This document shows, piece by piece, positions 1 through 9,957 of a stretch of 64,000 bases of DNA. Within the stretch, counting starts at the first letter, position 1, and the number at the start of each line of letters is the position of its first letter. A program made the translations under genes and the position numbers. Source of the DNA: Spirochaetia bacterium (GTDB lineage: Bacteria > Spirochaetota > Spirochaetia > UBA9216). Location of the stretch: NCBI GenBank assembly GCA_965140585.1, contig OZ223272.1, forward strand, positions 224,001 through 288,000, given 5' to 3'. The notes under the pieces are model-generated. The model made no database searches, was not told the origin of the DNA, and saw only the letters and a list, made by a program, of their open reading frames with translations.

Positions 1-324
1 TCATCTGCAATCCTTTCCTTTTGGGCACAATAAACAGCGAACAAAATGACCGTCCGATATTTCTACAAGTTCCGGTTCTGTATGAGATTCTGAAATCTCC
101 TTCAGAAATTAATCCTTTCATATACTTTACGTACTGGTAGTAAATAGGCTTATCCAGATCATATTTAGCATTCCATTATGCTCTCTGTTCATCACTGGCT
201 GTTACATCAAGTACAACATCAGCAGGGTCACCGAGTGAAAAAACTACAGTGCAAAAACAATAGCGGAAACACCTAAAAGGACAGGGATCATCATTAAAAT
301 ACGTTTGATTATGTATTGAAGCAA
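1..324 (-). pseudogene. Remnant of DppB/OppB-type peptide ABC permease N-terminus
   Basis: Manual translation from TTG 324 (AAGGTG RBS upstream): MLQYIIKRILMMIPVLLGVSAIVFAL*FFSLGDPADVVL...EQRA*WNAKYDLDKPIYYQYVKYM...GDFRISYRTG. This is a typical DppB N-terminus with in-frame TAG and TAA. Confidence 0.8.
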
Positions 325-476
325 TTGGCATTCACCTTGCACAAACTATTATTCGAGCTGAAAAAAATTGATCTTTTTAGCAGTTATGAGATCCATATTA
401 TAGTCAAACTTTTCATTTTGATTATTTATGAGCATAATTTGCTATTCTGCCTTAAAAAGGCAAAAAAATCAGCAAA

Positions 477-1352
477 CTAATCTATATCCGAACTTTCACT
501 GATTAGTAGGGAGAATAATATCAGAATAAATCCGATAATTGCCTGAAATGAGAAACGTTCATGAAGAAAAATCGCCGACAGGACAAGAGCAAAAACTGAT
601 TCAAATGAATACAGGATTGATGCCCTGGAGGCTTCCAGATATTTCATTGCCACGTTTGAAAGCAGATGGCAGACAAGGGAACCAAGCACAATAATATAGA
701 GCATCTGGGAGATCTCATATGCTCCCCACTGAATCGAAGGTGCTGACTCAAAACCAAGAAATACTAATAGTGAGAATACTCCGGCTGCAAACATTTCATA
801 AAACGTCAGGTTAATAGGAACATAGATTTTTGAATAATGATCAAAGCCGATGATTCCGCCGGCATAGAAGACGGCAGCACCGAGAGTAAGGATATCGCCG
901 GGGTTAAATTTGAGACCGTTCTCGAGGGATATAAACGCAACCCCGACTATACAGACAAGAGCACTTATAAAAGCTCTGACGCCCGGACTCTTTCCTTTCA
1001 AAATCCAAACTGCAAAGGGGACGATCACAACATAAACCGATGTGAGAAAACCTGATTTACTTGCAGTTGTATATTGAATACCTATAGTCTGCAGGGCGAA
1101 ACCGCCGAAGAGGAAAACACCGAGAATAATTCCTGCCTTTATTTCCTGAATACTGGTCTTAATAATTGATTTTCTGAAAATTAAAAAAAGAATAACACTG
1201 GCCGACAGAAAACGGACAGCGTTAATCCAGTTCGGAGGCAGATATGCAACAGCATCCTTTACAACAACATACTCTCCGCCCCATAAAAAAGCAGAGATAA
1301 GAAGAAATATTTCAGCCTTGCGGCCGCTTTTATTAAGTTTGAGAACGCCCAT
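477..1352 (-). CDS. EamA/DMT family transporter
   Basis: 291 aa, ~10 hydrophobic segments, duplicated EamA pattern (FLWGG, GD.LTL.AA, FESVFA). Confidence 0.9.
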   Translation of the reverse strand: MGVLKLNKSGRKAEIFLLISAFLWGGEYVVVKDAVAYLPPNWINAVRFLSASVILFLIFRKSIIKTSIQEIKAGIILGVFLFGGFALQTIGIQYTTASKSGFLTSVYVVIVPFAVWILKGKSPGVRAFISALVCIVGVAFISLENGLKFNPGDILTLGAAVFYAGGIIGFDHYSKIYVPINLTFYEMFAAGVFSLLVFLGFESAPSIQWGAYEISQMLYIIVLGSLVCHLLSNVAMKYLEASRASILYSFESVFALVLSAIFLHERFSFQAIIGFILILFSLLISESSDID

Positions 1353-3021
1353 AATGAATTTTAAGCCTCCATTGAAGTATCAGATTAGTCAGAGTCATCA
1401 CAAGCCAGTACAGCTGAACTCCGGAGGGCATATTGTAAATAACAAGGAACATGAGAACCGGAATAACATAGGACATAATATGCATGCTTCCCACAGAATC
1501 CTGGGGAGCCTGAATATATCTTGACTGAATTATTGAAATACCAAGTATTATTAAGGGAAGAATTCTTAATTTTGTCCAGCCCGCTACAGGAATTGTAAAA
1601 GGTGAAAAATTCCAAATATATTCGGGAATGGAGATATCGGGAATCCAACCCGGAATGAAGACAGCAGATCTGAAATCGATGTCGGTCAGAAGAAGTATAT
1701 ACAGAAGAATAAAAACCGGAAGATGAATTATCATAGGCAGAAAACTGGAGCGCGGTTTTACATCGTTTTTTTCAAAAAGCGCCAGAACTTCCTGATTCAT
1801 CTTTTCGGTATTCCATTGAAACTGCTTCTTTAATTCCGATATTTTCGGACCAAGAAGCTGCATTCGTATCGCATTTCCATATGTACGTCGTGATAGTGGA
1901 AATATCGCAGCCTGTACCGCAAGGACAAGTATAATTATTCCAATGCCATAATTGGGAATGATTCTGTATAGGAGATTCAGAATCACATGGACAATACCCG
2001 AAAGTATATCGGTAAACGAATCACTGCCGGAAAGAAGCTTCAGATTTAGATCTGCGGTACTGATTCCTCCGCTTTCATAACTATCGTATCCCGAGAGCAC
2101 TGCTGAATCCTTCGGCCCATAATATACGAGATATGTATCATCGACAGAACCTCCGTCACCCCTTCTCTGAATATAAAAACTGTTCTGCTTAACAAGACCG
2201 TCAAGCGAACTGTCCACCCAGATCGCTGAATAACCAAGGCTGACAGGCGCTACAACACCTGCAAAATACCGGCCCTCTACGCCCATCCATTTAAAACTTC
2301 CTTCAAGTTCAAGATATTCCTTGGTTTCGGGAACAGCGAGATTCTTCTTTTCACCCTCGCTTTCCAGACAGAAATACCGGTAAACATAACTTCGTTCAGT
2401 TTCCTGAAACCCGGGCCCCAGCTGCGGACCGAATCCCAAACTGTAAATATTACCGGCTGAATCCTGCGGTAATGAATAGTCCTGTTCAGGATTAATTTTA
2501 AGATTGAATCGGAACATATAATCAGAATCATCAAAATAATAGTTCAGGACAACCCGGAATCGCTCAGAATCAGATATATAATCAGTGTAAAAGGAGACCC
2601 CGTCCTCAAGTTCCTTTACTCTATACGGGCCGTTTAATTCATACCCTTCAAAACCGCCGGCTGAAAGCCTGAAAGGATAGAGACCGCTTTCATCTGAATA
2701 AACCAGATCTGTCGGTTTTCCGTCCGGTTCTTCATAATCCTTTAAAAGCAGCGAATGAAGGGTTCCGTCATTGAGATTAAAGACAGCAGTCAGCAGGTCT
2801 GTTTCGTAACTGTAGTAGCCTGATTTTTTCGGGGAGACCGATTTATAAAAACTGTTTTTATCAGACGGATGCTCTTCAGCAGTTTCAACTAATGCAGCAG
2901 GAGACGGTTCAACATCAGATTGGGATTCCCTATCGGGAAGAAAGAAAGTGTTGTAGATGTATACCGTGATAAAAATGACGGCAATGCTTAGAATGCCGGT
3001 AAGCCATATTCTTCTGTTCAT
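1333..3021 (-). CDS. yidC: Membrane protein insertase YidC, divergent orphan paralog
   Basis: N-terminal TM anchor, large periplasmic domain (W.GVEGRYF, YYGPKD), then NYGIGIIIL..FPL, cytoplasmic helical hairpin, WIPDIS.P and MPSGVQLYW core motifs. Confidence 0.88.
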   Translation of the reverse strand: MNRRIWLTGILSIAVIFITVYIYNTFFLPDRESQSDVEPSPAALVETAEEHPSDKNSFYKSVSPKKSGYYSYETDLLTAVFNLNDGTLHSLLLKDYEEPDGKPTDLVYSDESGLYPFRLSAGGFEGYELNGPYRVKELEDGVSFYTDYISDSERFRVVLNYYFDDSDYMFRFNLKINPEQDYSLPQDSAGNIYSLGFGPQLGPGFQETERSYVYRYFCLESEGEKKNLAVPETKEYLELEGSFKWMGVEGRYFAGVVAPVSLGYSAIWVDSSLDGLVKQNSFYIQRRGDGGSVDDTYLVYYGPKDSAVLSGYDSYESGGISTADLNLKLLSGSDSFTDILSGIVHVILNLLYRIIPNYGIGIIILVLAVQAAIFPLSRRTYGNAIRMQLLGPKISELKKQFQWNTEKMNQEVLALFEKNDVKPRSSFLPMIIHLPVFILLYILLLTDIDFRSAVFIPGWIPDISIPEYIWNFSPFTIPVAGWTKLRILPLIILGISIIQSRYIQAPQDSVGSMHIMSYVIPVLMFLVIYNMPSGVQLYWLVMTLTNLILQWRLKIHYGRSQT

Positions 3022-3028
3022 TAATTGT

Positions 3029-3232
3029 TCAGCCTCCGCACAGAGTGTTTATAACCTCTATTTCAGCCTCGTCAGGGATACAAAAACCGTCCCGTTCCGC
3101 TTTAGCAACATTAACGCCGTTTACCCTGACAATTACCCGTGGATTGCTGATTGTATAACCAATAGCAGAATATATTTCTGAAAACAAAATATTTGCCTTC
3201 CATTCTACCGGTTTTCCATTGACAATAAGCAC
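3029..3232 (-). CDS. ThiS/MoaD-family sulfur carrier protein
   Basis: ~67 aa beta-grasp pattern (IVNG...VRVNG...EIEVI) ending in C-terminal Gly-Gly. Likely GTG start at 3232; the ORF track starts at 3247. Confidence 0.85.
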   Translation of the reverse strand: MLIVNGKPVEWKANILFSEIYSAIGYTISNPRVIVRVNGVNVAKAERDGFCIPDEAEIEVINTLCGG

Positions 3233-3365
3233 ACTAATCCCCCGCAAATAATGCTGTATCTATTTATACCATAGATTTATACATTTTCTCTGATTTCAAA
3301 CTGATATTGCTCTGAAATGACGAAAAACAGAATTGCAAAGATGATAAGTTGATTTATAATAAATC

Positions 3366-3470
3366 ATACTCCGAGCTGACCTTCCTGCAGGGCGAATCTC
3401 AGTCTATGGAAGCAGGCCGCCAGGGTTGAACCGGAAACAGTTCAGCCTTCCAATCTTGAGAAGGAGAATA
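3366..3470 (+). promoter_or_regulatory. Moco/Tuco RNA motif (riboswitch candidate), P3-less form
   Basis: ACTCCGAG...CTATGG...CCAGGG, P4 GGTTGAAC/GTTCAGCC with GGAAAC loop, CCTTCC...GAAGGAG closing P1. Lies directly 5' of an Fe-S/AOR operon. Confidence 0.82.
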
Positions 3471-3487
3471 TCATTTAAGGAGGGGTT

Positions 3488-3895
3488 ATGCCCTTAAAAT
3501 TCGATCTTTCAGGGTGTACCGGCTGTAAACTCTGTCAGCTCGCCTGCTCGGCCGGACATTACGGAGTATTCAATCCGGAAAAAGCAAGATTAAAGATGAT
3601 CCATGAATACAATGATGACGGTATTAAAATAGCATCCAAACATTGTATTATGTGCCGTAAATGCGAAAAAGTCTGTCCTGAAAATGCAATTACAAGCAAC
3701 GGTCAGTGGATCATAGTGGATGAAGCCAAATGTATCGGCTGCGGAACCTGTGTAAGAAACTGTCCTACAAAGATAATCTTTTTAGATGAAAAAAAATCAG
3801 TAATCTGTGATCTCTGCGGAGGAGAACCCGCCTGCATAGAGTGGTGTCCTAAAGGCGTAATATCACTCAAAGAAAAGAAGGGGGCTTCAGCATGA
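3488..3895 (+). CDS. 4Fe-4S polyferredoxin subunit of AOR (AorA-like)
   Basis: Four CxxCxxC/CP cluster motifs; ATGA overlap with the AOR gene. Confidence 0.92.
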   Translation: MPLKFDLSGCTGCKLCQLACSAGHYGVFNPEKARLKMIHEYNDDGIKIASKHCIMCRKCEKVCPENAITSNGQWIIVDEAKCIGCGTCVRNCPTKIIFLDEKKSVICDLCGGEPACIEWCPKGVISLKEKKGASA

Positions 3896-5691
3896 ACAGT
3901 CTGATGGGAAAAATGCTGAATGTAGACTTATCAGCAGGTAAGATTGTAGCAGCAGACACACCGAAAGAATGGGTAGAACTGTATACCGGACAGAAAGGAC
4001 TTGCATCAAGAATCCTAATGGAAGGTTTTGATCCTAAAATTGATGCTTTTTCAGAAGAAAACAAGGTCGTACTTGCCAGCTCAATAATGGGCGGAACCAT
4101 TGTCTCATGCTCTTCAAAGCTGGCAATGGCTACGAAATCTCCCCTTACCGGGACAATATCCGACGGATCTGTGGGCGGCCATACCGGTGCCGAGCTTAAA
4201 TATTCCGGTTATGACGCGGTAAGTATTACCGGCAAGGCAGAGAAGCTGTCCTATCTTTATATAACCGATAAAAAGACAGAGCTCAGAGATGCAGCAGCGC
4301 TCAAGGGGCTCGGCTGCTTTGAAACCGACAAGATTATAAAGGAAGAGATCGGCGATGATGAATTAAAGATTCTGGCAATCGGTCCTGCCGGTGAGAATCT
4401 AGTACTTTATTCCTGCGTTTCATCTGAAAAATACCGCCAGCTTGGACGCGGTGGAATGGCTGCTGTTATGGGAAGTAAAAATCTCAAAGCAATCGTAATT
4501 CGCGGTAAAAAGGGTGTCGGGGCAGCGGACATGAAAGGTCTTCTTGATTATACAAAGGAAGTAATTGTCAGAGATGAGGTTATTTCTGCTGATAATGAAA
4601 TATATGACCTTGGAACAACCTGTCTTGTAGACTACAGCCAGGAATCGGGACTTCTGCCGACCAGAAACTTCCAGGAAGGAAGATTCGAAGATTCAGATAA
4701 AATCAACGGACAGTCATTCAAGGATGTCCGTAAAAATAAAAAAGCATGCTTTTCATGCGGCATTGCCTGCGGAAACTATGTGGTTGACGGCCGGGCATCG
4801 GTTGAAGGTCCTGAATATGAAAGTATCGCAATCGGCGGTTCTTCACTCGGGATTGGAAAAAGGGAAAAGGTAATCGAGTTTAACTCTGTCTGTGATGATC
4901 TTGGTCTGGATACCATTTCTGCCGGAGGAACCATAGCCTACATGATGGAAGCCACTGAAAAAGGTATCCATGATTTCGGAATCCGTTTCGGAGAGGCAGA
5001 CAAGGCAATTGAAATGCTTGGCACAATAGCGCACAGAAAAGGCCTTGGTGATGAGGCAGCGTCAGGCTCAAAGGCTCTTGCAAAAAAATACGGCGGAGAA
5101 GAGTTCGCAATGCAGGTTAAAGGAATGGAGCTTCCCGGTTATGATCCGCGCGGCTCATGGGCCATGGGAATTGCATATGTAACCGCCCCCCGTGGCGGCT
5201 GCCACATGTCAGCCTACCCCATCGCGCTCGAAGCCTGGGGCGAGCTTGACCCATTTACCTTTGAGGGAAAGGGCAAACTTGTGGCCGACATGCAGAACTC
5301 ACAGTTCTGTAAATTCTCCATGGGAGTATGCGACTTCTGGCCCATTGAAGACGACACTCTGGGCAGACTTTTCGAGCTCAGCTACGGCGGTGAATGGCCG
5401 GCCGACAAGGTGTACAAAACCGGCGAACGTGTATTCAATCTGCAGAGAATGTTTAACATAATGGCCGGCTTCGACCGGACCGAGGACAGGCTTCCCGAAA
5501 GGTTCCATAAGGAACTGCTGAAGGCCGGCCCTCCCAAGGATATCGCCTACACATCCGAAGCATTCAACAAAGCGATGGACGAGTACTATGAATACCGGGG
5601 ATGGGATGAAAGAGGCCGACCGACAGTTGAAAAGCTTGAGGAACTCGGTATTGAAAATGAATTTATTGAAGCTTATAAAGCTGCTTTATGA
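3892..5691 (+). CDS. aor: Aldehyde:ferredoxin oxidoreductase family (tungstopterin) enzyme
   Basis: KSPLTG, GRGG.AAVMGSKNLKA, CFSCGIAC, GPEYE, DDLGLDTIS, RGGCH, YYEYRGWD..GRPT motifs. Confidence 0.95.
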   Translation: MNSLMGKMLNVDLSAGKIVAADTPKEWVELYTGQKGLASRILMEGFDPKIDAFSEENKVVLASSIMGGTIVSCSSKLAMATKSPLTGTISDGSVGGHTGAELKYSGYDAVSITGKAEKLSYLYITDKKTELRDAAALKGLGCFETDKIIKEEIGDDELKILAIGPAGENLVLYSCVSSEKYRQLGRGGMAAVMGSKNLKAIVIRGKKGVGAADMKGLLDYTKEVIVRDEVISADNEIYDLGTTCLVDYSQESGLLPTRNFQEGRFEDSDKINGQSFKDVRKNKKACFSCGIACGNYVVDGRASVEGPEYESIAIGGSSLGIGKREKVIEFNSVCDDLGLDTISAGGTIAYMMEATEKGIHDFGIRFGEADKAIEMLGTIAHRKGLGDEAASGSKALAKKYGGEEFAMQVKGMELPGYDPRGSWAMGIAYVTAPRGGCHMSAYPIALEAWGELDPFTFEGKGKLVADMQNSQFCKFSMGVCDFWPIEDDTLGRLFELSYGGEWPADKVYKTGERVFNLQRMFNIMAGFDRTEDRLPERFHKELLKAGPPKDIAYTSEAFNKAMDEYYEYRGWDERGRPTVEKLEELGIENEFIEAYKAAL

Positions 5692-5714
5692 TAGAAGAAA
5701 ACAAATATTATAAC

Positions 5715-5749
5715 CTCTGCTGTATCGTTTGATGCGGCAGAGTTTTTTT
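5715..5749 (+). terminator. Intrinsic terminator after aor
   Basis: CTCTGCTGTATC-gttt-GATGCGGCAGAG followed by T7. Confidence 0.85.
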
Positions 5750-5800
5750 GTTTCAAATCTTTTGTTTTTAATTCCGTTAATGAGATCCGTATAAATTCAC

Positions 5801-6883
5801 CTATAATACTCTGGGAGCTTCAATTCCCTTTTCCTTACCATAAGAACAGACAGATTCCCATACACCATTAGTCAGGGGAATCCCTTCATCTTCGGCTCTG
5901 ATTTCATTTAATTTTTCTTTGAGCCCGGCATAATAAACTCTTTCTGCACCCTCAGCAGGTTTTGCGGTACGAATGGAATGAAGCATGCTATCCATATCAA
6001 TTTTAAATTCCACCAAGTCTCTGAACATATCAATTCTTATCGCACCAAAAAAGTGTGTTACACGGGCAGAGGTTTCTTCAGTATCAGCTACATTTATTCC
6101 GAAGTCTCCGCCCGACAGAAGTGCTGTGAAAATATCAACCATTACAGCCAGCCCGAACCCCTTATGACCTCCGAAAGTCTCACCCTCCCCTCCAAGCGGA
6201 AGCAAACCACCTCCAGTTCTATCCAGCATCCCTGAAAGCAGACTTGCCGGATCTGTTGCTGTTAAACCAAGTTGATTTACAGCCCAACCGGCAGGGAGTT
6301 CTTTATTTTCCCGATCATAAACTTCAACCTTTCCACGCGGAATTGCAGTGGTTGACATATCAAGAACAAAGGCATGTTCATTCCCTGCCGGGACAGCTAT
6401 TGAAATAGGGTTAGTTCCAAACATAACGTCTCTTCCGAAGGTTGGAACTCCCAAGGCAGCAGTATTTGTCATGCAGATACCGATCATATCTTTCTCAAGA
6501 GCCATCATCGAATAATATCCTGCAATTCCAAAATGGTTGGAATCCCGCACTGATGCAAAGGCGGATCCCTGCTTTTCAGCTTTTTTAAGAACTTCCTTCA
6601 TAGCACTAAAACTTACCGGTGCGCCCATTGCACCTCCGGCATCGTAAACAATTGAAGATGGTGTTTCCCGCAATACTGAAGGTATCACTGATGGAAGCAT
6701 TATCCCGTGCTCTATACCGTTAAGATACCGCCAGAGACGGGCAACCCCATGGGAAGGAATCCCCCTTGCATCAGCCGTTGTTAGAACATCCGCTGTGATT
6801 TCAGCATGCTCTAAGGAAAGATCGTATGATTGAAAAATCTGAGCGACATAATGCCTTAATTCTGTTCTGTTTATTTTTACCAT
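5801..6883 (-). CDS. Ldh_2 family (malate/L-lactate/ureidoglycolate-type) dehydrogenase
   Basis: SHGV.RL, SNHFG.AG, GTNPI, LDMST, GGHKGFGLA motifs. Confidence 0.92.
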   Translation of the reverse strand: MVKINRTELRHYVAQIFQSYDLSLEHAEITADVLTTADARGIPSHGVARLWRYLNGIEHGIMLPSVIPSVLRETPSSIVYDAGGAMGAPVSFSAMKEVLKKAEKQGSAFASVRDSNHFGIAGYYSMMALEKDMIGICMTNTAALGVPTFGRDVMFGTNPISIAVPAGNEHAFVLDMSTTAIPRGKVEVYDRENKELPAGWAVNQLGLTATDPASLLSGMLDRTGGGLLPLGGEGETFGGHKGFGLAVMVDIFTALLSGGDFGINVADTEETSARVTHFFGAIRIDMFRDLVEFKIDMDSMLHSIRTAKPAEGAERVYYAGLKEKLNEIRAEDEGIPLTNGVWESVCSYGKEKGIEAPRVL

Positions 6884-6924
6884 ATTTCTGACTCTTCCCC
6901 ATAAATTTTAAAAAGTTTAAGATA

Positions 6925-7635
6925 CTAATTGAGTTTGATCGAGTTCATACTTTCCAGGAGATGCAGTCTCATAACCTTTGCAGCTTCAAGGCTGTTTCCT
7001 TCTTTTAAGTATTTTAAAATATCATGATGTTCATTTATTGTATTCTCGATCCTTAAAGCGGCAATTTCTGAATTTCCTTCATCATAGCTCCTCCACAATT
7101 CTATAAGTTGTCGAGTGATAAATGAGTAAAGAGAGATTAACACCGGACTTTTTGAATACCGAATTATTTCGAGATGAAAAAAAATATCATCTTCTACGGC
7201 TCTTATACTTTCTTTTGAATTTGCACAGAAGAGTTCATTAGCATGCAGTATTGAATTCAGTTCATCATCATTAATTCTTTCTGCTGCAAGCTCAACCGCT
7301 CTTGTTTCAAGCAGAATTCTTGTATCCATTAATGATACCGGATCGATAATTTCTCTGATATCAAGAATGTTTTCAATCAATCCGATAATGATCCTGGAAT
7401 CTATTTCTGCAATGAATGTCCCGTTTTGAGGTTTTGTTTCGAGAACCCCATACAATTCAAGTTTTTTAAAAGCAGCTTTTATTTGCTGTTTGGCCACACC
7501 AAGGCTCTTCTGAAGACTCAGCTCTGAAGGTAGCTGCTCTCCGGGTTCAAGCTGTCCAGTCTTAACTAGCTCAAGTATCTGCTTGATTATTAAATCAGGA
7601 ATTTGCGGAATTTCTATTTTATCAAATTTGGACAT
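6925..7635 (-). CDS. GntR/FadR family transcriptional regulator
   Basis: PGEQLPSE winged HTH plus FCD domain (R..LE, D..FH, EH..I, MRLHL). Confidence 0.92.
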   Translation of the reverse strand: MSKFDKIEIPQIPDLIIKQILELVKTGQLEPGEQLPSELSLQKSLGVAKQQIKAAFKKLELYGVLETKPQNGTFIAEIDSRIIIGLIENILDIREIIDPVSLMDTRILLETRAVELAAERINDDELNSILHANELFCANSKESIRAVEDDIFFHLEIIRYSKSPVLISLYSFITRQLIELWRSYDEGNSEIAALRIENTINEHHDILKYLKEGNSLEAAKVMRLHLLESMNSIKLN

Positions 7636-7735
7636 ACGACCTCTGCATAGTTACTAATCGACTAATCTATTAGCTACTATAATCTAACGATCATCCCATA
7701 ATTTGTCAAGTTCGGGAATTAATAGATAGAATTTT

Positions 7736-8707
7736 TCATTTTCCTTTCAGCCTGTATAATGAAACAATTATCAGAATCATTGCACCTTCTACAATCATTC
7801 TGCCGGCTTCTGGAACATTCATCATTACAAGAACATTAAAAAGAAAACGGACTATAAAGGTTCCTGCTATGGTTCCAGCAAGACTTCCTATGCCGGCAAA
7901 AAACTCAATGCCACCGATTACTGATGCTGCGATAGAACCCATTGTATAAATATCAGTAAACCGGAGCGTCGGTGTTCCAAGATAACCCAGAAGAAGAAGC
8001 CCGGCAAGTACAGCAAATATGTCGCAGATAATATACGAAGAAACCTGCACACGAACCGGTTTTATACCGGAAAACCAGGCAGCCTGAAAGTTATTTCCGG
8101 TTGCATAGATCTTTCTTCCAAATGTTGTTTTAGAGAGAATAAAAACCATACTCAATGCTACCAGGATCCATATTATTCCTGTAATAGGTACATTATTAAG
8201 TACCATCTTTTTGCCAAGGGTCTGAAGAATAGATGGGGCTGCGGCGCTCATCATTCCTCCCCCGAAAATATAAATAGCGCCATAAAGAATGGAACTGGTT
8301 CCCAGTGTCATTATAATTGGTGATATTTTAAACTTTGCAACACCAATACCGTTTACAAATCCAATAACAGCACCAGCAACTATGCAAAGCAGAGCAACAG
8401 GCAAAAATCTTGAATTTGAGGATTCCATAAACTTTCCGCCGTAGATTATCACCATGAACATAATGTTGCCCACAGAAATATCCATTCCTCCGCTCAGCAT
8501 GACAATACCTTGACCAAGAGCAACAATACCAAGAATAGAAGCTTCCCTGAGAACATTTTTAAGATTATTGGCACTTACTGATACCGGCATAAGAATTCCG
8601 GCAATAAAAAGCAGAATAATTAAAGTAAGAAAAACCATTGAAGTCCTTCTTGTTAGTATCTCTTTAACCTTATCGGCTTTACTGATGTAATTTACAGTTG
8701 AGTTCAT
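7736..8707 (-). CDS. Sugar ABC transporter permease (RbsC/CUT2)
   Basis: GGMDISVG, FGRKIYATGNN..AA..SGI motifs. Confidence 0.92.
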   Translation of the reverse strand: MNSTVNYISKADKVKEILTRRTSMVFLTLIILLFIAGILMPVSVSANNLKNVLREASILGIVALGQGIVMLSGGMDISVGNIMFMVIIYGGKFMESSNSRFLPVALLCIVAGAVIGFVNGIGVAKFKISPIIMTLGTSSILYGAIYIFGGGMMSAAAPSILQTLGKKMVLNNVPITGIIWILVALSMVFILSKTTFGRKIYATGNNFQAAWFSGIKPVRVQVSSYIICDIFAVLAGLLLLGYLGTPTLRFTDIYTMGSIAASVIGGIEFFAGIGSLAGTIAGTFIVRFLFNVLVMMNVPEAGRMIVEGAMILIIVSLYRLKGK

Positions 8708-8734
8708 ACAGATCCTTTAACAAAAAATAAAGAG

Positions 8735-8754
8735 GCCGGTGCTTAAGCACCGGC
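8735..8754 (-). terminator. Stem-loop after substrate-binding protein gene (partial terminator or stabiliser)
   Basis: Perfect palindrome GCCGGTGCTTAAGCACCGGC, followed on the minus strand by CTCTTTATTTTTT. Confidence 0.65.
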
Positions 8755-8767
8755 ACAACAACGCGAT

Positions 8768-9904
8768 TTATTTATACCATTCCTTAAGTATTTCATGAGG
8801 AACAGAAGTTGCCACCCAGATTGAATCCGGCAGATCCTGGATTACATAACTTTCTACTGTATCATCAGTTACTGTTGGCGGCGGATAAAGAATTGTCTTA
8901 ACAACCGATTCACCCATCAGGACAGAAATAACAGTATTCAAACCTTCTGTAGCAATCCAGGAAGGATAGGTCGGACTGATGCTGGAAAAGCCTTCTGCTT
9001 TATGTGCTGCCCAGTATTTATAGAACCCATTATAATCCTCACCGGTAACGAGGACATTCTTGATACCTTTTTCTTCACAGACCTCGGCTGCAGCAAGAGA
9101 CATCTGACCGCCGCAGCTCCAGATACCATCAACATCAGGATTGGCAGTTAAAAGACTTTCTGAAACTCGGCGTCCTTCATCATATGCCCATTTACCCTGT
9201 GCCTCTCCGACAATTTTGATATCTGGATATTTATCAAGAACCGGCTTTGCGCCTCTTTCCCATCTCCCAACATCAGCAGCGGCACCTGCAACTCCCCGAA
9301 GAGCAAGGACCTTCCCCTTTGGTTCGCCGTATCTTTCAGTCAGCTTTTCAACAAGCCACTCAGCGCCCAGTCGTCCAAATGCCTGAGCATCTGTTGCTCT
9401 GTATGCAGTATATTTGCTTCCGTCATATTCACCAAGAACTATGATTACTGGAATTCCCTGATCGTAGAGTTTATCGACTACTGGAATTATTGCAGAAGGA
9501 GAAGTCGGTGAAATTACTATTCCATCTATCCCCTTCGCCATCATATCTTCGATGTCGGAAATCTGTTTTGATACATCAAACTGAGCTTCTGTAACATATA
9601 ATTCATCTATAACAGTTCCGAACTTCTCTTCAGCAACCCATTTAAAAGCATTTATACTCTGAATATCAAAAGAAATTCCGCCGCCATGAAACGAATAACC
9701 GATTTTATACCCCGGCTGTTTTTTATATTTACCCATGTCGGTAAATTCAAGTGCAGCCCCTCCTCTGGCAGCTTCAACTGCTTTCTCCTGTACAGCCTCA
9801 CTTGCAGTATTGGATTCACCTCCGGCAGAACTGTTGCTGCAGCCGCTTAAGGCCAGCATCAGAACCAGTACCAGCAATACAATTACTGAACCAATCTTTT
9901 TCAT
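8768..9904 (-). CDS. Sugar ABC substrate-binding lipoprotein (RbsB-like)
   Basis: Start re-assigned to ATG 9904 (GAGGAG RBS). Lipobox LSGC; QISDIEDM..GIDGIVISP peripheral-binding-protein pattern. Confidence 0.9.
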   Translation of the reverse strand: MKKIGSVIVLLVLVLMLALSGCSNSSAGGESNTASEAVQEKAVEAARGGAALEFTDMGKYKKQPGYKIGYSFHGGGISFDIQSINAFKWVAEEKFGTVIDELYVTEAQFDVSKQISDIEDMMAKGIDGIVISPTSPSAIIPVVDKLYDQGIPVIIVLGEYDGSKYTAYRATDAQAFGRLGAEWLVEKLTERYGEPKGKVLALRGVAGAAADVGRWERGAKPVLDKYPDIKIVGEAQGKWAYDEGRRVSESLLTANPDVDGIWSCGGQMSLAAAEVCEEKGIKNVLVTGEDYNGFYKYWAAHKAEGFSSISPTYPSWIATEGLNTVISVLMGESVVKTILYPPPTVTDDTVESYVIQDLPDSIWVATSVPHEILKEWYK

Positions 9905-9957
9905 CAAAATCTCCTCGTAAATAGTATTTAATATAGATATCTCTATATATAACCCAA

